This document shows, piece by piece, positions 58,306 through 64,000 of a stretch of DNA of 64,000 bases. The DNA is from a bacterium. Its GTDB lineage: Bacteria > Pseudomonadota > Alphaproteobacteria > Rs-D84. The translations under genes were made by a program, and so were the position numbers. Below the pieces are notes generated by a model. It searched no databases, was not told the DNA's origin, and saw only the letters and a list, made by a program, of their open reading frames with translations. The stretch's first letter is position 1; every line of letters begins with the position of its first letter. The stretch lies in contig JAAVBP010000009.1 of NCBI GenBank assembly GCA_014803525.1, positions 5,995 to 69,994 of the forward strand, read 5' to 3'.

Positions 58306-61300
58306 ATGCATAAAAGAACGGGTGGCACAAAAGACACCACACAACGTAAATTATTTCGTATACTCAACAGATTACGCACATCCAGCCCACTGTACAAAAT
58401 TGTAATTGTGGGCATATCGACATTGGTTATTATCGGCGCAATAATTGTGGCAATTTATTCACGCGGATCCGCCGACACCGCAAAATTTAAGATAACCGTT
58501 AATCAACCAACCGTCGCCACGTTCCAAGACAACGCAGTTGCAGACTTTGTAGGCCCGAACGCCATCCCAGAACCAAACAATAATCGCAAGATCGGTGCCC
58601 CCGGCGAACTGGTTATTTCTTATGACCAGATATCCGGTCCATATGCACCGGTATTCCGAATGGATGTCTCAGATGCAGACATCACCGCAAATGTTAGACT
58701 GGCCCCCGCCATTGCCGGATCATGGCGCCGCATCGGCCCCAGCGCATTGGCATTTCGCCCAGCCCATAATTGGCCCGCCAATACACGTTTTTCGGTCAAA
58801 ATCAATCCAACACTTATCAATTCAGACGTTCGTACTAATAAAACAGGCGCGTCTTTTACCACCCCAGACGCCCGCGCCACCGTCGACAGCTTTAATGTAT
58901 ATCCGTCATCAACCCCACAATCGGTTATCGGGATTGCAATTGTGTCTTTTAATTACCCCGTAAACACCAATAAGTTTGCAGAACGCGCAACAATGCGCCT
59001 GGACGGCAAGTCTGTTGATTTTACGGTAAAATTTGACCGTTTCCACAGAACAGCCTTTCTGGTCACATCACCAATCAAGATTGATAACATCCCCCAGATA
59101 TTAAGACTAAAGATCAATCGGATCCCATCTGAGAATGCTGATTCCATGACCCAAAAAATAACCGCCAATGTCACAATCGATGCCGCCGACAATATATTCA
59201 AAGTATCCGACATTGAAACAACCGTTGCCGATGATATGGCGGGGATCCCGCGGCAAATATTGTTGATTAATACAACATCACCCACGGATTCAACCGCCGA
59301 TTTATCAAAATATGTTGATTTATATTTATTACCACGCAATCGCAACGACGAAGATACAGATGGCCCCACACACAAATGGGCAGCGGACGAAATAACAAAC
59401 ACGGTTATAAAACAGTCTAAAAAAATCCCGTTACATCAAATAGATTTTAATACCCCCAATGGCATATATCAATATGCATTCGCGTATAACGTGTCTGAAC
59501 AGGAAGATCGTTTCTTATACGCTATGGCCAAGGCAGGTATGCCATCTTCGTATGATTTTACATTAAAAAATGATACCGGTCGCGTTCTACCAGTGCCATA
59601 TCCCCAGCGCAGCGTGAAAATCGCCGGCACAGGTGCATTACTGGCCATGGGTGGCGATAAAAAATTGGCGATATCTGCACGTGGTGGTACAGATGCGGCA
59701 TATATCAACCTGTACAAAGTGAAATCGTCAGAAATAAATCATTTAATATCCCAGACATACAATATCTTTGGCGATATGGAATTTAAATCATGGTCTTTTG
59801 ATGCATATGACATGTCGGTTGTATTTAAAAAGAAAATCGGATTTGCAGATACGTCAATGACAGCCGTCAATTATGCATCTGTGGATTTGGGCGACTATCT
59901 GGACAGAACGCACGCCGACAAAACCGGTATATTTATCGTTCAGACCGGCCCAACCCAATCCAGCGCAGATTACAGCGACCGCCGCCTGATATTACTGACG
60001 GACCTCGGCATCCTGCGCAAGGTGAATATGGACCAAACGTCCACAGTATTTGTATCATCAATAACAAATGGCGCACCCGCATGTGATGTTGAGGTATACG
60101 TCCTGGGACGTAATGGTAATTCAATATGGGCCAGCCGCACAAATGATATGGGCCGCGTGGATATTCCCGCCCTGCCCTGGAATGAATATAAAAATGAAAA
60201 AGCCCCGGTTGCAATCGTTGCACGTCATGGCAATGACATATCATTCATACCATATGACATATATGATCAGCGTGTTGAATATTCCAAGTACGATATCGAA
60301 GGTGTCTATGCATCCAATACAAATAACATCAATGCGTTTTTATTTACAGACCGTGGAATTTATCGCCCGGGCGAAAACGTTGTCATTGGCGGAATTGTAA
60401 AAACACGGTCTTTTAAATCAATTGCCGGAGTCCCGGTCCAGTTGAATATTCGTGATGCCCGTGGTCGCATTATCTTGGAAAAAATATTTTCTTTGAATGC
60501 GGACGGAATGTTTGATGCAACATTTGATTTGGGCGACGATACGGCCCTGGGCGAATATTACGTACAGATGTATTCACTGAACGCAAAGAATAAAATCCAA
60601 GACACATTGGGAAATGCCAGTTTTTGGGTATCAGAATTTACACCAGACAACCTGAAAATATCGGCCAATCTGAACAGCGATAATACAAACGGTTGGATAA
60701 ACCCAGATGAAATATCGGCAACCGTAACACTTCGCAATATGTTTGGCACACCCGCCACCAACCGACGTATCGGCACACAAATTATATTAACACCAATGCC
60801 CTTTAAATTTGATAAATATCCGGAATATAAATTTACAGACAACTTTATATCCGGCACAGATCTGTCATCAAATGCAGCCGCCCAGACGATTTCCGTCGAA
60901 ACCAACGACACCCAAACAGATTCAGACGGCATCGCACAAATTAATGCCGCCATTGGGGCCCAGATATCAGATAATGTAACATATGGCCTGACCATGATAA
61001 TCCGCGGATTCGAAAGTGGCGGCCACAGTGTTCAGACCATATTAAAGGCACGTGTCGCCACATCTAAATACATTGTCGGATGGCATGCAAATTCTGATTT
61101 ATCATATATTAATCGTGGTGCCACGCGCAGTGTCAATATCATCGCAGTGGACAACACCGGCAACCAAACATCGGCGACAGATTTAAAAATGCGCATCATT
61201 AAACGCGAAAACTTAACCAGTCTGATCAAGGACGCATCCGGATACTATAAATATCAAACGGTATCACGCGACAAGGTAATCGCTGAAAACCCAATATCAT

Positions 61301-64000
61301 TGGGCCGCAACGGCATGGATGTAAATCTGGATACGGGTACCCCCGGCACATATTATATGCAGGTTATTGATGCTGGTGACAATATGTTGGCTAATATTGA
61401 ATATTTTGTGTCTGGCGATGAAAACACCACTATGCAATCAGATATGCAGGCAGAATTAAAAATTAAACTGAATTCAACTAAATACAAACCAGGCGATGAA
61501 ATTAAGGTTGGTGTTACCGCCCCATATTCGGGTTACGGATTGATCACAATAGAACGCGATAAAATATACGCAGCAAAATGGTTTCGCGCCAGCACAACCC
61601 AATCGGTCCAGACAATAACAGTTCCGGCAGAATTCGAAGGCACCGGATATGTAAACGTTTCCTTTGTCCGCGATTTGAACAGTCGGGATATATTCACAAC
61701 ACCGTACGCATATGCTGTCGCGCCATTTGCCAGCGACACAACACACCGCACAATTGATATAAAACTAAGTGCACCAGATATTGTCACAGACCATAAACTG
61801 ACTGTTAAATACGAAACAAATCGTGACGCACGCATTATGATATTTGCTGTTAATGATGGCATCCTGCAGGTTGCGAAATATTCCATGCCCAATCCAATCG
61901 CGCATTTTTTTAAAAAGGCCGCCCTGCAGGTGGAAACGTATCAAACACTGTCGCTGATTTTACCTGAATATAAAATACTGCGCGAATTTGCCAAGACCGG
62001 CGGTGGCGATTACGATGGTGGCATTGCCGAAAATGGCGCCGCCACAAACCCATTTGCACGTCGCACAGATGCACCGGTTGCATTCTATTCCGGAATTATA
62101 AATACCATTGCAAACACGCCCGGCGAAATTATGTTTGATATACATGCCAACTTTAATGGGAACCTGCGCGTATTTGCAGTGGCATCCGGAACATCGGCCG
62201 TGGGCGCAACCAACAGGGATGTACGTGTTCAATCCCCAATAATTATGACAATTAACGCACCGACAACCGTCGCCCCCGGTGATACATTTGACATAAATAC
62301 CGTTATATCTAACCTTAGCGGGGATGACCAAAATAATATAATAAATGTGAATGCCACCGCCACGGGCCCAATAACATTGGATAAAAATACAGCGTCCGAA
62401 TTCAACATCCCAAAGGGTGACGAACGCCTGTGGACATTTGGGGCCGCGGCCGCAATGCAACCGGGCGCCGCAGAAATAAATGCAACCGCAAAAATGACGA
62501 ACATTCCAACGATGCATGGCACCGCCACATTATCCGTACGACCACTGACCCCATTTACAACAGATATTCATGCAGGTATTTTAAACAGAAAATCTACAAC
62601 ATTACCGATATCCGGGCCAAATATGTATTCAGATGGCACAACACGCCGAATATATATATCTTATGGCGCAGATGCATTGATACGGCCATTGGTTGAATAC
62701 CTGGGGCATTATGAGTGGAATTGCACAGAGCAATTGGTGTCACGGGCGATACCATATGTAATATTATCCGGCCCAGATACAGATGCCCAGATTGCAAAAA
62801 CAATCTCAGACCTAAAAAATCGTCAAAATGGCAACGGTTCATTTGCAATGTGGCCGGGAGACACCCCCAGTGCACGCGACACAGAATCAGATGCATCAAC
62901 CGCATACATAACCGCATACGTGGCTGAATTCTTGACATTGGCACGCGAACGTAACATCGATATACCAACCGATATGTTATCACGTGCGCTGGATTACCTG
63001 CGCACATATGCGGGCGCACCAATCAACACACCAATCGATGCCGATGCACATGCATTTGCAATATATGTGATTACCGCAAATCAATATGTCACAACAGCAT
63101 ATATCAACATGTTCGAAGAATGGGTGGACAAAAACATCCCAGATTGGCGCACACGTCTGATGGGCACATACATCGCCGCAGCATATAAAATCATGCATCA
63201 GTCTGATTATGCAGATAAAATTATCGGGCAATATAAATCAAATGACGCAATAAAATATACATCTGTCTTTGATAACACAATTGCAAATAATGCGATGCAT
63301 CAATATATTATGCGAAAATACTTTGCATCCGCGGCCGCAATGCCAACAGATACCCAAATGGAATATATAAACCGTGGCGAATACACTTCATTTACCGCGG
63401 CGGCAATTATCATGGGACTGGGGACGGGTACGGTAAATACCACCCAAACAATCGCCGATGCGGTAACCGTAACCGCAGATGGCAAACTAATCAAATCCGC
63501 AACCACCCCAGGTAATTTTGTTGGCGATATTCCGCAAAATACAAAAAAGATAGAAGTCAAATGCCCAGAATGCGGGACCAGCACTTCTTTGACATGGACC
63601 GTAATCGACCAAGGCTTTCCCACAGCCACATCATCGCGATCTGATGGAATTGATATCATCCGCGAATACTATGACATGGATGGAAATCGCATAACCCGTG
63701 CGAAAATCGGCGACCGCATTATGGTCAAGATATTTGTACGCACGACACGCGGCACATCCGTCGTATCATCGGCCGTGATAACGGATTTATTGCCGGGCGG
63801 ATTTATTCCAGACACAACCAGCCTGGATGGAACATACGATTTTGCAGAGGTACGTGCAGATCGCGTGATAATATACACCACCCTGGACCGCACAGAATCC
63901 GTATATTCATACACGGTCCAGGCAGGCACCACGGGACACTTTGCAATTCCACCAATTCGCGCAGAATCAATGTATAATGCGGCCCTGGGCGCGGTGGGTA
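58306..64000 (+). CDS. Bacterial alpha-2-macroglobulin family protein (partial; continues past the window end)
   Basis: ATG at 58306 with a GGAAGG ribosome-binding site. N-terminal signal anchor. Continuous >1890-codon ORF. Thioester motif YEWNCTEQLVSRA. MG-domain beta-sandwich repeats. Absent from the ORF track because it has no in-window stop. Confidence 0.85.
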   Translation, partial: MHKRTGGTKDTTQRKLFRILNRLRTSSPLYKIVIVGISTLVIIGAIIVAIYSRGSADTAKFKITVNQPTVATFQDNAVADFVGPNAIPEPNNNRKIGAPGELVISYDQISGPYAPVFRMDVSDADITANVRLAPAIAGSWRRIGPSALAFRPAHNWPANTRFSVKINPTLINSDVRTNKTGASFTTPDARATVDSFNVYPSSTPQSVIGIAIVSFNYPVNTNKFAERATMRLDGKSVDFTVKFDRFHRTAFLVTSPIKIDNIPQILRLKINRIPSENADSMTQKITANVTIDAADNIFKVSDIETTVADDMAGIPRQILLINTTSPTDSTADLSKYVDLYLLPRNRNDEDTDGPTHKWAADEITNTVIKQSKKIPLHQIDFNTPNGIYQYAFAYNVSEQEDRFLYAMAKAGMPSSYDFTLKNDTGRVLPVPYPQRSVKIAGTGALLAMGGDKKLAISARGGTDAAYINLYKVKSSEINHLISQTYNIFGDMEFKSWSFDAYDMSVVFKKKIGFADTSMTAVNYASVDLGDYLDRTHADKTGIFIVQTGPTQSSADYSDRRLILLTDLGILRKVNMDQTSTVFVSSITNGAPACDVEVYVLGRNGNSIWASRTNDMGRVDIPALPWNEYKNEKAPVAIVARHGNDISFIPYDIYDQRVEYSKYDIEGVYASNTNNINAFLFTDRGIYRPGENVVIGGIVKTRSFKSIAGVPVQLNIRDARGRIILEKIFSLNADGMFDATFDLGDDTALGEYYVQMYSLNAKNKIQDTLGNASFWVSEFTPDNLKISANLNSDNTNGWINPDEISATVTLRNMFGTPATNRRIGTQIILTPMPFKFDKYPEYKFTDNFISGTDLSSNAAAQTISVETNDTQTDSDGIAQINAAIGAQISDNVTYGLTMIIRGFESGGHSVQTILKARVATSKYIVGWHANSDLSYINRGATRSVNIIAVDNTGNQTSATDLKMRIIKRENLTSLIKDASGYYKYQTVSRDKVIAENPISLGRNGMDVNLDTGTPGTYYMQVIDAGDNMLANIEYFVSGDENTTMQSDMQAELKIKLNSTKYKPGDEIKVGVTAPYSGYGLITIERDKIYAAKWFRASTTQSVQTITVPAEFEGTGYVNVSFVRDLNSRDIFTTPYAYAVAPFASDTTHRTIDIKLSAPDIVTDHKLTVKYETNRDARIMIFAVNDGILQVAKYSMPNPIAHFFKKAALQVETYQTLSLILPEYKILREFAKTGGGDYDGGIAENGAATNPFARRTDAPVAFYSGIINTIANTPGEIMFDIHANFNGNLRVFAVASGTSAVGATNRDVRVQSPIIMTINAPTTVAPGDTFDINTVISNLSGDDQNNIINVNATATGPITLDKNTASEFNIPKGDERLWTFGAAAAMQPGAAEINATAKMTNIPTMHGTATLSVRPLTPFTTDIHAGILNRKSTTLPISGPNMYSDGTTRRIYISYGADALIRPLVEYLGHYEWNCTEQLVSRAIPYVILSGPDTDAQIAKTISDLKNRQNGNGSFAMWPGDTPSARDTESDASTAYITAYVAEFLTLARERNIDIPTDMLSRALDYLRTYAGAPINTPIDADAHAFAIYVITANQYVTTAYINMFEEWVDKNIPDWRTRLMGTYIAAAYKIMHQSDYADKIIGQYKSNDAIKYTSVFDNTIANNAMHQYIMRKYFASAAAMPTDTQMEYINRGEYTSFTAAAIIMGLGTGTVNTTQTIADAVTVTADGKLIKSATTPGNFVGDIPQNTKKIEVKCPECGTSTSLTWTVIDQGFPTATSSRSDGIDIIREYYDMDGNRITRAKIGDRIMVKIFVRTTRGTSVVSSAVITDLLPGGFIPDTTSLDGTYDFAEVRADRVIIYTTLDRTESVYSYTVQAGTTGHFAIPPIRAESMYNAALGAVG

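Noticed and set aside
57479-58342. Full 287-aa track ORF for the second resolvase
   Set aside because: The N-terminal 76 codons precede the conserved MVYGYIRVSTD start seen in the paralogue and have no ribosome-binding site. The gene was trimmed to 57479..58114.

Overview
This 64-kb window looks like an alphaproteobacterial chromosome segment, probably from a host-associated lineage. That placement is inferred from gene content, Asn/Ile/Lys-rich codon usage and the many secreted proteins, not from any search.

Housekeeping genes identified by conserved motifs:
- uvrA on the minus strand (1..2847). It runs off the left edge, so it is missing from the supplied ORF track.
- A rodZ-like gene, dusB, ftsB, tspO and tRNA-Arg(TCT).
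- A HlyD / 2x ABC-ATPase / 2x ABC-2 permease / TolC efflux operon, followed by an APH-like pseudokinase.
- rho, ssb, eno, a single-chain pyruvate:ferredoxin oxidoreductase, ctpA, an envC-like gene, tyrS, tsf and rpsB.
- A partial bacterial alpha-2-macroglobulin with a CTEQ thioester motif (58306..>64000, +). It runs off the right edge and is also missing from the ORF track.

Accessory content, numbered as in the findings:
1. A ~9.6-kb insertion ends at tRNA-Pro(TGG) (26714..26790, minus) and is bounded by direct repeats of the tRNA-Pro 3-prime end at ~16.9 and ~17.1 kb. It carries a 1646-aa secreted giant protein, a 318-aa secreted coiled-coil protein, a Hin-type resolvase with a small partner ORF, and a large serine recombinase. 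The giant protein has about 20 tandem KAEEAR repeats and a tandemly duplicated ~280-aa C-terminal domain.
2. Two tandem paralogous secreted cysteine-rich proteins (7127..7990, 8102..8923) sit behind a structured leader that ends in an intrinsic terminator. A third, unrelated Cys-rich secreted protein lies at 30103..30783.
3. Several short interspersed repeat families occur:
   - An X element starting GAAAACAAGTAGG, with compensatory hairpin changes between its three copies; one copy is inserted at the ssb 3-prime end with a 13-bp duplication.
   - A hairpin element with a conserved GTACAAGACGTACATGAG loop, in two copies.
   - An ATGCCTAATC motif upstream of two minus-strand genes.
4. A 1757-aa autotransporter is present.
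5. An S8 subtilase (55675..57510) with a short beta-rich C-terminal tail is present. A second Hin-type resolvase gene (57479..58114) overlaps its 3-prime end.
6. A 518-aa secreted protein built of ~24-residue repeats is present.
7. A CoaD-like nucleotidyltransferase is fused to an uncharacterised C-terminal domain.
8. A Fic protein with a degenerate motif lies convergent with a kinase-fold protein.

No rRNA, CRISPR array or recognisable defence operon was seen.
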